Part shown: piece by piece, positions 38,105 through 47,593 of the stretch | Layout of the letters: every line of letters begins with the position of its first letter | How positions within the stretch are numbered: position 1 is the stretch's first letter | Origin: a bacterium BMS3Abin01 | GTDB taxonomy: Bacteria; Actinomycetota; Thermoleophilia; BMS3ABIN01 | NCBI GenBank assembly: GCA_002897715.1 | Contig: BDUA01000039.1 | Span: 244 to 64,243 of the forward strand | DNA: 64,000 bases | Reading direction: 5' to 3' | Notes under the pieces: generated by a model | The model's input: only the letters and a program-made list of their open reading frames with translations | Database searches by the model: none | Told to the model about the DNA's origin: nothing | Program-made: the position numbers and the translations under genes

Positions 38105-39400
38105 TCAGTCCTGCTGGCTTACCTGGTACAGCTTGCGGTAGATAGTGCTGTTGCGGGTGAAGACATATGAGCGGTAGAAGCTCTTCATGTAAACCAACGA
38201 TCGTATGCCCCGCTTGACGATGGCCGGGATGGAGTAGACCTTCTCGCAGGCCCAGTTGTAGCCCTGCTGCAGCTCCGCGGCCGTCATCTTCTTGGGGATG
38301 AAAGTGACATTGCCCACGTCGTATTTCTCCCAGTGCGAATGGATGATCCTCCCCCGGGATTCCAGTTCGGACCGGATGGCCGTTCCCGGATAAGGTGTCA
38401 GCACGGTCAACTGCGGACAATCGATGTTGTTGCGCTTGATAAATTTCACCGTTTTCTTGAACACCGACTTGTCGTCGCCGTCGAAACCGAACACGAAGCA
38501 GCCGATAAGCCCGATCTTGTAGGAATGAAAGACCTTGATCTTGTCCTCATATTCGGCGACGCGGTTGGAGGCCTTCTTGCCCATGCCCTCGATGTTCTCG
38601 TCCGAAAGGGACTCAAAACCCACCAGCATGCCGGCGCAACCGCTCCTTTGCGCCAGATCCATCAGCTCCGGGTCGTCGGCCATATCGATAGACCCCTGGC
38701 TCAGCCAGTGGATACCCAGCGGCTCCAGCGCCCGGAACAGCCTTTTGGCGTACTTCTTGTTGGCGGTAATGTTGTTATCGGTGAAGAAGACAAAGCGGTG
38801 CTGGGCGTCACGCACCTCCTTCACTACTTCCTCCACCGGACGAAAGCGCATGCGCGGCCCGTAAAAGACAGTGGTGGAACAGAAGGAACAGCGGTAGGGG
38901 CACCCCCGCGATGTCTCCACCTTGGGGATGTTGAGGTAGGCATCCTCCTTCATCAGGTCGCGCCGGGGCATCGGCAGTCCCACCAGGTCCGGCTTGACCT
39001 CCGCCAGGTAACGCGATTGCATACCGCCGTCCTCCAGGTCGGCCAGCAGCTGCGGCCAGCTGTCCTCGGACTCGCCCACGACCACGGCATCGGCGTGCGC
39101 GGCGGCCTCCTCGGCCATCAGCGACGGATGCACGCCACCGAGCACCACCTTCTTGCCGCGGCGGCGGAACTCGTCGGCGATCTCGTAAGCCCGCGGCGCC
39201 GTCGGCGTCAGTGCCGTAATGGATATCAGATCCGCGTCCACGTTGAAGTCCAGAGGCTCCACATTCTCGTCGATCACGCTCACCTGGTGCTTCGACGGGG
39301 TCAGCGCCGCCATCAGCGGCAGCGTTAACTGACTCATATAGATACGTCCGCGGGTCTTAACATTGGACTTATGATAAGGTTGGATTATTAGGATTTTCAT
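38105..39400 (-). CDS. Cobalamin-binding (class B) radical SAM enzyme
   Basis: 'MKILIIQPYH' start at 39400, with GGGAG 6 nt upstream. 'TSRGCPYRCSFC' motif. Confidence 0.8.
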   Translation of the reverse strand: MKILIIQPYHKSNVKTRGRIYMSQLTLPLMAALTPSKHQVSVIDENVEPLDFNVDADLISITALTPTAPRAYEIADEFRRRGKKVVLGGVHPSLMAEEAAAHADAVVVGESEDSWPQLLADLEDGGMQSRYLAEVKPDLVGLPMPRRDLMKEDAYLNIPKVETSRGCPYRCSFCSTTVFYGPRMRFRPVEEVVKEVRDAQHRFVFFTDNNITANKKYAKRLFRALEPLGIHWLSQGSIDMADDPELMDLAQRSGCAGMLVGFESLSDENIEGMGKKASNRVAEYEDKIKVFHSYKIGLIGCFVFGFDGDDKSVFKKTVKFIKRNNIDCPQLTVLTPYPGTAIRSELESRGRIIHSHWEKYDVGNVTFIPKKMTAAELQQGYNWACEKVYSIPAIVKRGIRSLVYMKSFYRSYVFTRNSTIYRKLYQVSQQD

Positions 39401-39519
39401 GGCAGACTCCCGATATTGACCTCTATGAACTCTAGCAACAAGACGGAACGCAAACAAGGAGCGCCGCTACCTATGGTTCCAGCCCCCGGGGTGACCGGCC
39501 CCAAACCGATAAGACAGAG

Positions 39520-40872
39520 ATGCTTACACCTGAACGAGTGGTAAAATTGGCTGAAGTGATACCTTTCCGCGGCCTGCGGTATAACCGGGATGCGATAGCC
39601 GACCTCTCCCGGGTTGTATCCCCTCCCTACGATATCATCAGCCCTGAGCGTCAGAAGCACTTCCACGACAAGCACACCCGTAACGCCATCCATCTGGAAT
39701 ACGGGCTGGAGCTGCCCGATGATGACGGCGACAACAACCGCTACGCGCGCGCCGCGGCCAACCTCGACCGCTGGCTTCAGGACAGGATACTGGTTCCGGA
39801 GCCGTCCCCCGCTTTTTACTTCTGTCGCGAGGAATACAGTATCCCCGGCGGCGGCCGGGCTGTACGCGACGGTTTCATCGGCGCCGTACGCCTGGTGGAT
39901 TTTTCCCGGGGGATAGTCCTCCCCCATGAGCGCACCCACTCCGGCCCCAAGGAGGACCGCCTCAAACTGCTGGAAGCTACCGGCGCCAATCTCAGCCCCG
40001 TCTACAGCCTCTATCCCGACGCCGACCTGAAAGTCGACTCGCTGCTTAAGGAAGCCACCGCGTCCCGTGACCCCGACATCGATTTCACCGATGAGGCCGG
40101 GACGCGCCAGATGCTCTGGGTTATCGACGACCCGGCTATCACCTCGTCCCTGAGCGCGGCCCTGTCTGAACGCAACCTGTTCATCGCCGACGGCCACCAT
40201 CGCTACGAGACCGCCCTGGCTTACAGTCAGGCGCGCCACGCCGCCGGCGACGCCCAGGGCCTTCCCCATGATTACCTGATGATGTACCTGTCCAGCCTGG
40301 ACGATGAAAGTCAGCCCATCCTGCCGGTGCACCGCTTCGTCTTCGGGCTGGCAAGGGAGACGCTGGCGCAATGGAAAAGGAAGCTGGCGGGCGATTTCCA
40401 TATTACGGCCGTGCCCGGCAGCGGCGGCGATGGCGCCGCCTCCCTGATATCCAGCCTGGAAGCCGCCCCCGCGGACCGCAACGCCTTCGGCATATATATC
40501 GCCGCCGGCGACAGCTGCTATTTACTGACGGCCCGTCGCCCCCGGCCCCTGATAAGTCCGGATGACAGCGACCGTTCGCCCGCATGGCGCTCACTGGATG
40601 TGGCTGTCCTGGATCGCCTGGTGTTCGCGGAGACGCTCGGCATGACCCCGGGAGGGAACAACGCCGGCGCCGGGGTCCGTTACGTCGAGCGTACCGACCA
40701 GGCGCTGTCGGAGATCGACCGGGGCGGTTTCGATATCGCTTTCTTCGTCAGGCCGACGACCATGGCGGAGATCAGGAGCGTCGCCCAGGCGGGTGATAAG
40801 ATGCCGCAGAAGTCCACTTATTTCTTCCCCAAGCCCCTCACCGGACTGGTCTTCCGCAGCTTTGCCTACTAG
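39520..40872 (+). CDS. DUF1015 family protein
   Basis: N-terminal 'FRGLRYNRDAIADLSRVVSPPYDIISPE' is characteristic of DUF1015. Confidence 0.7.
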   Translation: MLTPERVVKLAEVIPFRGLRYNRDAIADLSRVVSPPYDIISPERQKHFHDKHTRNAIHLEYGLELPDDDGDNNRYARAAANLDRWLQDRILVPEPSPAFYFCREEYSIPGGGRAVRDGFIGAVRLVDFSRGIVLPHERTHSGPKEDRLKLLEATGANLSPVYSLYPDADLKVDSLLKEATASRDPDIDFTDEAGTRQMLWVIDDPAITSSLSAALSERNLFIADGHHRYETALAYSQARHAAGDAQGLPHDYLMMYLSSLDDESQPILPVHRFVFGLARETLAQWKRKLAGDFHITAVPGSGGDGAASLISSLEAAPADRNAFGIYIAAGDSCYLLTARRPRPLISPDDSDRSPAWRSLDVAVLDRLVFAETLGMTPGGNNAGAGVRYVERTDQALSEIDRGGFDIAFFVRPTTMAEIRSVAQAGDKMPQKSTYFFPKPLTGLVFRSFAY

Positions 40873-40873
40873 C

Positions 40874-41872
40874 ATGACCGGTTTTCTTCTGTTAATCAGC
40901 CTGATCGTCATCCTGGGCGGATGCGAGGGTTTCACCAACGGCGTCGAGTGGTTCGGCAAGAAGTACGGCCTGGGAGAAGGCGCTGTGGGCAGCGTCCTGG
41001 CCGCCGTGGGCACTGCCCTGCCGGAGACCCTTATCCCCTTCGTGGCCATCGTCTTCTCCACCGGAAAGCACTCCGAGGACATCGGCATCGGCGCCATCCT
41101 CGGCGCCCCCTTCATGCTGTCCACCCTGGCCATGTTCGTAACCGGCGCCGCCCTGGTAATCTTCCATTTCACCCGCGGGCGGGAGCTGGACCCCCGGGTC
41201 AACGCCAACATCATCGGCCGGGATCTGCTGTTCTTCATCCCGTTTTATGCCATCGCGGTGGCCGCCGGGGTGCTGCACAACTACGCGCTCAGATGGGTCA
41301 TCGCCGCCGGTCTGTTCATCGGTTACGGGATTTATGTCTATATCACCCTCAAATCTGAAGGCGACCTGGAGGGCCATACCCGGCCGCTGTATCTCGCCAG
41401 CTCCCATCCACCCAGCCTGCCGCGGCTGCGCTGGATCCTGCTGCAGGTATTCATCTCCCTGAGCGCCATCATCGGCGGCGCCTACCTCTTCGTCGGCGCC
41501 GTCAACGAACTGGCCGTATACCTGGGAGTGTCGGCGCTGGTGATATCGATGCTGATAACCCCCATCGCCACCGAGCTGCCGGAGAAATTCAACAGCGTCC
41601 TGTGGATACGCAGCCGCAAGGATACGCTGGCCCTGGGCAACATCACCGGCGCCATGGTCTTCCAGAGCACCTTCCCGGTCACCATCGGCCTGCTGCTGAC
41701 CGATTGGAAGTTGGGTAAAGTCTCCATCCTCAGCGCCGTGTTCGCCCTGGGTTCGGCATCGCTGATGCTGTTCTGGATCAGGTTGAGGAAGACCATCTCC
41801 TGGTGGATGCTGTTGCTGGGAGGGGTCTGGTATGTCGTGTTCGTAGCCCTGGTGCTCAGATACGCCATCTGA
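40874..41872 (+). CDS. Ca2+:cation antiporter (CaCA/YrbG-like) membrane protein
   Basis: Two internally repeated alpha-repeat halves: 'GVEWFGKKYGLGEGAVGSVLAAVGTALPE' and 'GNITGAMVFQSTFPVTIGLLL'. Start at 40874; the track start overlaps the upstream gene. Confidence 0.75.
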   Translation: MTGFLLLISLIVILGGCEGFTNGVEWFGKKYGLGEGAVGSVLAAVGTALPETLIPFVAIVFSTGKHSEDIGIGAILGAPFMLSTLAMFVTGAALVIFHFTRGRELDPRVNANIIGRDLLFFIPFYAIAVAAGVLHNYALRWVIAAGLFIGYGIYVYITLKSEGDLEGHTRPLYLASSHPPSLPRLRWILLQVFISLSAIIGGAYLFVGAVNELAVYLGVSALVISMLITPIATELPEKFNSVLWIRSRKDTLALGNITGAMVFQSTFPVTIGLLLTDWKLGKVSILSAVFALGSASLMLFWIRLRKTISWWMLLLGGVWYVVFVALVLRYAI

Positions 41873-42009
41873 CTGCGACCGTTCCGCCTTGCCGCTGTCG
41901 CCGGCTTCATCCCGCCGCGGCACTGTGCTACACTATTCCACCGGTCAGGCGTGCGGCCAACGGTCGGACCGGCCCGCGGTGAACCGTCCGGCCTGTATTC
42001 AACATAGAT

Positions 42010-42085
<76 letters not shown>

Positions 42086-42100
42086 GATACCTGCCTGTCC

Positions 42101-43420
42101 CTACTTAACTTTTCCCGTGAACATGGGGATGCCCACACGCTTGCGGGCGGTCTCTCCCCTGAACAGATCCCCCTTGCGCGCCGGCGCGTCGCCGCGCTCT
42201 CCCAGGTGCTGCCCGAACCTGTGGGCGGCGAAACTGGAGCCCAGGAAAAGCGTATGCTTGCCGTACTTGAGACGCACCCCATCCACCGCCGCGTAGACCC
42301 GCCCCACCTTCTCTATCTGCGCCGTCATCCCGAACAGGTCCGGCTGGAGGATGACATCATCCTCCAGCTTGAACAGCACCACCCCCGTGGAGCGGTAGAG
42401 CTTCCCCGGGTTGAACAGCCGCTCGAAGGCCGGCTCCAGGGCGGCCAGCACCTGGTGGGGAAAGGCGGTGGGACGCGAGAAGCGGACCTCGGCGCCCGCA
42501 CCGCGAAAGTCCCGGGTCTTCAGGAAACATACGGCCCGGCCCGCCGCCAGATGATAGCGCCGCGCCTTCATGGTGGCGTTCTCCACGTTCTTGGAAAGCT
42601 GGGCGAAGACGAACTCCCGGTCTCCCGACGGCGGCGTGAAGGTCTTCATCTTCCGGATGGAGCCGTAGGTCTCTTTTTCCTCCGTCTCCAGGCCGATGAC
42701 AGCCTCACCGTTGAGCTCCCGCCAGGTTTCCTGAAAGGGTTTGCTGAACCGTTCCTTCACCCACACCTCGTCCTTGAGGGCGAACTGCAGCGCCGTGCTT
42801 ACCCCCTGCTTGCCCAGGAAGGCGGTGGTCTGGGGTCCTATCCCCCATACCCTGTCCACCGGCAACCGCTCCAGGTAGCGGGCGATGTCCCGGCCGGGGA
42901 CCGCCGTCAGCCCCGACGGCTTCTTCCACTTGGAGGCTATCTTGGCGATGGTCTTGTTGGGGGCCAGCCCCACGGAGAAGGTGAAGCCGAAACAGCGTTC
43001 CAACTCCTCCTTCATGGCCCGGGCGATACCCGGATAGCCCATACGCAACGGCCGGCGCATGCCGGTGATGTCGGCGAAACACTCGTCGATGCCGTATTCC
43101 TCCACCTCCGGCGTGTACTTGCGCACGATGCTGAAAAAACGCCGGGAGAGCAGGCTGTAGGTCTCGTAGTCCGAGGGCAGGAACACCGCGTCGGGACACA
43201 GGCGCCTCACCTCGGAGAGGCGCATGGCACGCTCCACGCCGCGGGCCTTGGCCTCATAGCTCATGGACGCCACGATATTGCGCTCCTTGCCGGTAATGAC
43301 CGGCCGCCCCTTGAGTTCCGGGTTGCGCGACTGCTCCACGGCGGCGAAAAAGGCGTCAGCGTCGATATGGATGATGGCTCGCGGATAGGAGCCGATGGCG
43401 ATTACCCTGTCGTTTCCCAC
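42101..43420 (-). CDS. Y-family (DinB/UmuC-like) translesion DNA polymerase, second gene of the lexA operon
   Basis: 'AIIHIDADAFFAAVE' and 'YGIDECFADITG' catalytic D/D/E motifs. Extended C-terminus (~440 aa total). Start tentatively at GTG 43418-43420, because the track ATG at 43591 lies 135 nt inside lexA. Confidence 0.7.
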   Translation of the reverse strand: MGNDRVIAIGSYPRAIIHIDADAFFAAVEQSRNPELKGRPVITGKERNIVASMSYEAKARGVERAMRLSEVRRLCPDAVFLPSDYETYSLLSRRFFSIVRKYTPEVEEYGIDECFADITGMRRPLRMGYPGIARAMKEELERCFGFTFSVGLAPNKTIAKIASKWKKPSGLTAVPGRDIARYLERLPVDRVWGIGPQTTAFLGKQGVSTALQFALKDEVWVKERFSKPFQETWRELNGEAVIGLETEEKETYGSIRKMKTFTPPSGDREFVFAQLSKNVENATMKARRYHLAAGRAVCFLKTRDFRGAGAEVRFSRPTAFPHQVLAALEPAFERLFNPGKLYRSTGVVLFKLEDDVILQPDLFGMTAQIEKVGRVYAAVDGVRLKYGKHTLFLGSSFAAHRFGQHLGERGDAPARKGDLFRGETARKRVGIPMFTGKVK

Positions 43421-43455
43421 GATAAACCGGTTTCGTCGGGACCACCGGAGCGGTC

Positions 43456-44025
43456 TCAGTATTTCCGGATCACCGCCTTCACTACCGCCGCCGCCCTGAG
43501 CTCCTTCTCCGGGTAGATCGGCTTGTACCTGCGATTGGCGGCCTCCAGATACACCTTGCCGCCCCGCTGGCGAAAATACTTCATGGTCCACTCGCCGTCC
43601 ACCTCGGCGATGATGATGTCACCGTCCTTCTCCCGCACGCCCCGCTCCACCAGGACCATGTCCCCCGGCATGATGCCGGCATCGATCATGGAATCTCCCT
43701 GCACCTTGAGCATGAAGGTGGCCCCCGGTCGTTCCACCAGGAACTCGTCCAGGGTCATGGTGTCCAGCAGCTCCTCCTCCGCCGGTGAAGGCCAGCCGGC
43801 GCTCACCGCTCCCAGCAGGGTGACACTGTGGAAGCGCCTGCCCGGCAACAGCCGGCCGGTCTCGTCCCGCTCCACCAGCCCCAGCTCCACCAGGCGGTTC
43901 ACCAGCTTGTGAGTACTGCCCTTGGAACTGAGCCCCGCCGCCCTGGCTATCTCGCTATGGCTGGGCATGCGCCGGTGGGCACGGTAGAAATCCCTTATCT
44001 TGTCGAAATGTCTGGGCGTCTCCAT
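43456..44025 (-). CDS. lexA: LexA transcriptional repressor (SOS regulator)
   Basis: wHTH N-terminus 'MPSHSEIARAAGLSSKGSTHKLVNRLVELGL'. S24 peptidase 'VQGDSMIDAGIMPGDMVLVER' Ser/Lys dyad region. Start set at 'METPRHFDKIRDF' (ATG 44023-44025) rather than the track TTG at 44064. Confidence 0.85.
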   Translation of the reverse strand: METPRHFDKIRDFYRAHRRMPSHSEIARAAGLSSKGSTHKLVNRLVELGLVERDETGRLLPGRRFHSVTLLGAVSAGWPSPAEEELLDTMTLDEFLVERPGATFMLKVQGDSMIDAGIMPGDMVLVERGVREKDGDIIIAEVDGEWTMKYFRQRGGKVYLEAANRRYKPIYPEKELRAAAVVKAVIRKY

Positions 44026-44066
44026 GACAGGAACAGTATAGGCGTACGTTCGTACGCCTGTCAAGA
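44026..44066 (-). promoter_or_regulatory. lexA promoter with SOS-box-like 8-2-8 palindrome in the spacer
   Basis: Minus strand reads TTGACA-GGCGTACGAACGTACGCC-TATACT, with the ATG 9 nt downstream. Perfect inverted repeat GGCGTACG-AA-CGTACGCC between a consensus -35 and a near-consensus -10. Confidence 0.65.
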
Positions 44067-44106
44067 AGATGCCTCCGGGCGGAGGGAAACCGTGGACAGC
44101 GGCCTA

Positions 44107-45681
44107 TCAACCGCCGGGGTATGGAGCCGGGATCAGGTATGTCTCACCGCTGCCGGCCATGGCGGTGGCGAAGAGCGTGGAGCGGAACGAATCTACTCCC
44201 TGGGGAATCCTGTATTTGAGGGTGAAGGAGCTTCCCTGGCTGCCGGGGTCAACGATCCCCGTCGCCAGCGGCAGTGGCGTCGTCATAGCCGCGCCACCGC
44301 TCTCTATGGAGCCGACGATAGTGAGCTCCTGGATGAAAACTTCCTGGCTGGTGATCCTGTAATCAACCGACAACTCCCCCGACTGGTAATCCGCATAGGA
44401 TGACCAGTATATATTTGTTGCGGCGATACCAAAGTTATTGTCTATCACTACTCCGATCTCCGCAGTACCGGCATTGCCGGCGGCATCGTATGCAACCGCC
44501 CTCAGGACGTGGGGGCCGCTGGCAAAACCCCCGGTCGCCAGGTCAAAGTCATAAGGCGCGGCGGTTCTGACGCCCGCCAGGTTATCGCCGACATAGAGCT
44601 CCACCCTGGAGACCGCATCATTGTCCGAGGCGGCTGTGACAACGGTCACCGTATCCGACAGGCTGGCTCCCGGGAGCGGCGAGTCGATGGAAACGGTCGG
44701 CGCGGTGACATCCGGAGCCTTGGCGGCGTTACGGAAGGCCTCGAGGCTCCCCGGAGAGCTATTGACTCGCCAGTCAGTTTCCTTGTTGGTATCGAACCAG
44801 ACCAGGCTCTCGATCCTGGGGAACCTGACCGGAAGGCTGGCAAACGTGTCGGTTATCCAGCCGGGTTTGCTGCCACCCAGCTCGGCTGACGCGGTCTCGC
44901 ACACCATGACCGGTTTGCCGCTACGCGCGGTGAACTCATCGTAGCTGGGTCCGAAGATGGCAGCGAAATCCCGCCATACAGAGGTCCATTCCGGCGTGTT
45001 TTGCGTCGTGCCCCAGTTGTATCCGTCCAGGCCCAGATAATCGATATAGGCATCACCGGGATAATATGTGCTGAAGGTACCGGCGGCGCCCGCAGCGTCG
45101 CTATTGGCATTCGGTGACCAGACGAACTCCACGTTCGCGGCGCCCTCCTGGACGAAGATGTCGTGAATATGACGCCAGGCCGGGATGAAGTCCGAAGGCT
45201 GGTTGCCGTTGGCCGTGCCCGACCAGACGGTCCAGTCACCATTCATCTCGGGCATCGGCCGGAAACGGACCGGATAGCCGAAGTCTCTCAGTTGACGCGC
45301 CCAACGGTGGATGTCGCCGTCGAAGTTGCCGCTGGTTATATTCCGCAGCTGATAGTCGGGCTGGTTGATCAGGTCGGCGGCGCCGGGGTCCCATGGCTCC
45401 CAGGTCACCATTATGATCTTTCCCTGCTGGGAGATAGAACGTAAAGCGCCCGCGTTGAAGTCGTCACCAATAGCGTAGAAAGAATGAAAGATGTCGACGG
45501 CGCGACCGGTATCGTTCTCGAAGCTCCCCAGGTCTCCCGGATTCTCAAGGAATACCCCCAGCTTGAAGCCCGGAGCGGTAGCAGCATCAGCGCTGTCGTT
45601 ACTTACCATTAACACGCCCGCGAGAAGCAGCGGCAGAAAAGCGATTGTGATTAAAGATCGGAGCGAACTCATTGAAGTCAA
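44107..45681 (-). CDS. Secreted glycoside hydrolase family 26 (beta-mannanase-like) with C-terminal Ig-like domains
   Basis: Signal peptide. 'VRFRPMPEMNGDW' (GH26 acid/base region) and 'VMVCETAS' (nucleophile region). C-terminal beta-rich repeats. Confidence 0.7.
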   Translation of the reverse strand: MTSMSSLRSLITIAFLPLLLAGVLMVSNDSADAATAPGFKLGVFLENPGDLGSFENDTGRAVDIFHSFYAIGDDFNAGALRSISQQGKIIMVTWEPWDPGAADLINQPDYQLRNITSGNFDGDIHRWARQLRDFGYPVRFRPMPEMNGDWTVWSGTANGNQPSDFIPAWRHIHDIFVQEGAANVEFVWSPNANSDAAGAAGTFSTYYPGDAYIDYLGLDGYNWGTTQNTPEWTSVWRDFAAIFGPSYDEFTARSGKPVMVCETASAELGGSKPGWITDTFASLPVRFPRIESLVWFDTNKETDWRVNSSPGSLEAFRNAAKAPDVTAPTVSIDSPLPGASLSDTVTVVTAASDNDAVSRVELYVGDNLAGVRTAAPYDFDLATGGFASGPHVLRAVAYDAAGNAGTAEIGVVIDNNFGIAATNIYWSSYADYQSGELSVDYRITSQEVFIQELTIVGSIESGGAAMTTPLPLATGIVDPGSQGSSFTLKYRIPQGVDSFRSTLFATAMAGSGETYLIPAPYPGG

Positions 45682-46135
45682 GTCTCCTGGTCGGCAGCCA
45701 AGCTGTCATAGCCCCGGTGGACCTTAGACCTTTGGCTTTGCGCCGCCCCGTTTCCGGGGTTTTGCCTTTTTCACAGGGGCCCGGCTTCTCCCAATACCCA
45801 AACCCGTGTCTGTAAGCTATATCGGAAATGATCTTGAGAATATTAACCGCACAGACATCGACGGTTTGAGCGGTTATAGCCCCGTTTTTCGGAAACGGCG
45901 GCACGGTGGAAGCGGCATCCGGCCGGATAGGCGGCAATCAGGTGAGTTCCGTATTGAAATAATCGTACATTTATGAGACTATTACTTTGTTTTGGGGCAC
46001 TGTTGCACTTATTGAAGGCGGGAAAAGCGGGGGCATGGCTGGCCTGAGCGGAGCCTGGGCCGTAAGATGTTGGCCGGGATTAAGCAGGTTTATAGTCCCG
46101 CCGGAAATGTAGATCAGCTATAGAGAATTAAAAAA

Positions 46136-47266
46136 ATGTCTGATTGCCCCAGCAACAACAGAGATATTGCAGGCATGAATATCGTGGTTTTAGTGCCTGC
46201 CCATAACGAGGAAGAATCAGTCGAGGCCACCGTCTCGTCTTTATTGTCGCAAAGCCGGTTACCGGACCTGGTCGTCGTGATTTGCGATAACTGCACGGAC
46301 GATACGGAAGACGTGGCCAGCATCTTCACCTATCATCCGAATTTCCGTTTACTCCGAACCGTCGACAACACCCACCGGAAATCGGGCGCGCTCAACCTGG
46401 CCTACTCGAAATTCTGCGACGATGCCGATCTCATCATCACGGTCGATGCCGACACCATCCTCTCACCGACAGCAATCGAGAACTGGGAGCGGGAGTTTGA
46501 AGCCGATCCTGATCTGGGCGGTTCCGTGGCCAGATTCACCATACGCGGCACAGACATCCTCAGCAGGCTGCAGCGAAACGAGTATGCTCGCGGCATCGAC
46601 ATGGGATTGCGCCGGGGATGGACCTCCGTGCTGGGCGGCGCCGCCAGCGCCCTCAGAAAATCCGTTATGGATCGGGTGGCGGCGCTGCAGGACGGGCGTT
46701 CCGGCCCCTGGACCTACGCCTCGCTGGTGGAAGACTTCGAGCTGACTTACAAAATACACAGCTTCGGATGCCGCTGCTGCATCTCCCCCACCGTGCGTGC
46801 TTACACCGATTCGATGAAAACCATCCGGTCGCTGTGGGGCCAGCGCATGAAATGGCAGGTCGGCACCGTATCGGAGCTGTTCAAGGTAGGCATCAACAAG
46901 GTATCCCTGCTTCAATGGTACTCCCAGATCCAGGGAATGCTCGTCGTCGTTATCAGGATCCTTTGGTTGTATCTGATGGCTACCGCCATCGCTGCCGGAC
47001 ATCTCACTTTCAATCTGTGGTGGATCTGGATTCTCATACCGGTGATCATCACCGCCAATGAATTCAAGCACGCCCTTCGGATCCCCCATCGAGACCGGTG
47101 GGACCTGGTAATCGTTTTAACGGTCTTACCGGTCGAGCTCTTCTCGTGGCTACGCATGGGGTGGTTCGTTGCCGGCTGGTGGAAAGCCGTGATGGCCAAC
47201 ATCACCGGCCGTCAGAAAGACTGGTGGGCAATGCAATATCAAGCCGAGAGAGGGGGTGATAGATAA
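46136..47266 (+). CDS. GT2 glycosyltransferase with C-terminal TM helices, processive synthase-like (NodC/PgaC/cellulose-synthase-like)
   Basis: 'VLVPAHNEE', 'DNCTDDT' and 'TVDADT' (DxD). 'GQRMKWQ' resembles the Q(Q/R)xRW motif. Three to four C-terminal TM helices. Confidence 0.7.
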   Translation: MSDCPSNNRDIAGMNIVVLVPAHNEEESVEATVSSLLSQSRLPDLVVVICDNCTDDTEDVASIFTYHPNFRLLRTVDNTHRKSGALNLAYSKFCDDADLIITVDADTILSPTAIENWEREFEADPDLGGSVARFTIRGTDILSRLQRNEYARGIDMGLRRGWTSVLGGAASALRKSVMDRVAALQDGRSGPWTYASLVEDFELTYKIHSFGCRCCISPTVRAYTDSMKTIRSLWGQRMKWQVGTVSELFKVGINKVSLLQWYSQIQGMLVVVIRILWLYLMATAIAAGHLTFNLWWIWILIPVIITANEFKHALRIPHRDRWDLVIVLTVLPVELFSWLRMGWFVAGWWKAVMANITGRQKDWWAMQYQAERGGDR

Positions 47267-47427
47267 TGAATTACGGAACAGGATCTACATTGAGTACCGC
47301 CTCGCTGCCTGTAACAGGCCTTGCGTTCAACTATCCGCTATGGATCATAGTCACCGTGGCCACCGGGCTGTTTGTTGTTGGGGCGCTGGTATCCCTGATA
47401 AGGAAACCGGGGGAGAACCGGCCGTAA
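47266..47427 (+). CDS. 53-aa single-TM peptide resembling an isolated LPXTG sorting signal, translationally coupled to the GT2
   Basis: ATG overlaps the GT2 stop (TAATG). 'AGGGGGTGA' Shine-Dalgarno 6 nt upstream. Sequence MNYGTGSTLSTAS-LPVTG-[26 hydrophobic]-IRKPGENRP. Absent from the track (<60 aa). Confidence 0.5.
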   Translation: MNYGTGSTLSTASLPVTGLAFNYPLWIIVTVATGLFVVGALVSLIRKPGENRP

Positions 47428-47593
47428 TGACTGTAAACGTTCCGAGCCCGCGGGGTATATCCCGGCATACCCCTTGCAAGAGCCGTTTCCCGGTTCAGCA
47501 GGGTTCGCCTGCCGGGCCCGGCCGTTCTGAATAGAAAACATGCGGGGACACTGAGTACGAGGATGACAAACAATAAAGTGAAGCGGTAAGCAA

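Noticed and set aside
38333-39328. 331-aa plus-strand ORF over the fifth B12-radical SAM
   Set aside because: It is antisense to a gene with CxxxCxxC and B12-domain evidence.
40892-41923. 343-aa minus-strand ORF over the CaCA antiporter gene
   Set aside because: It is antisense and D/G/Q-rich low complexity.
42206-43516. 436-aa plus-strand ORF over the Y-family polymerase gene
   Set aside because: It is antisense. The polymerase frame has catalytic motifs.
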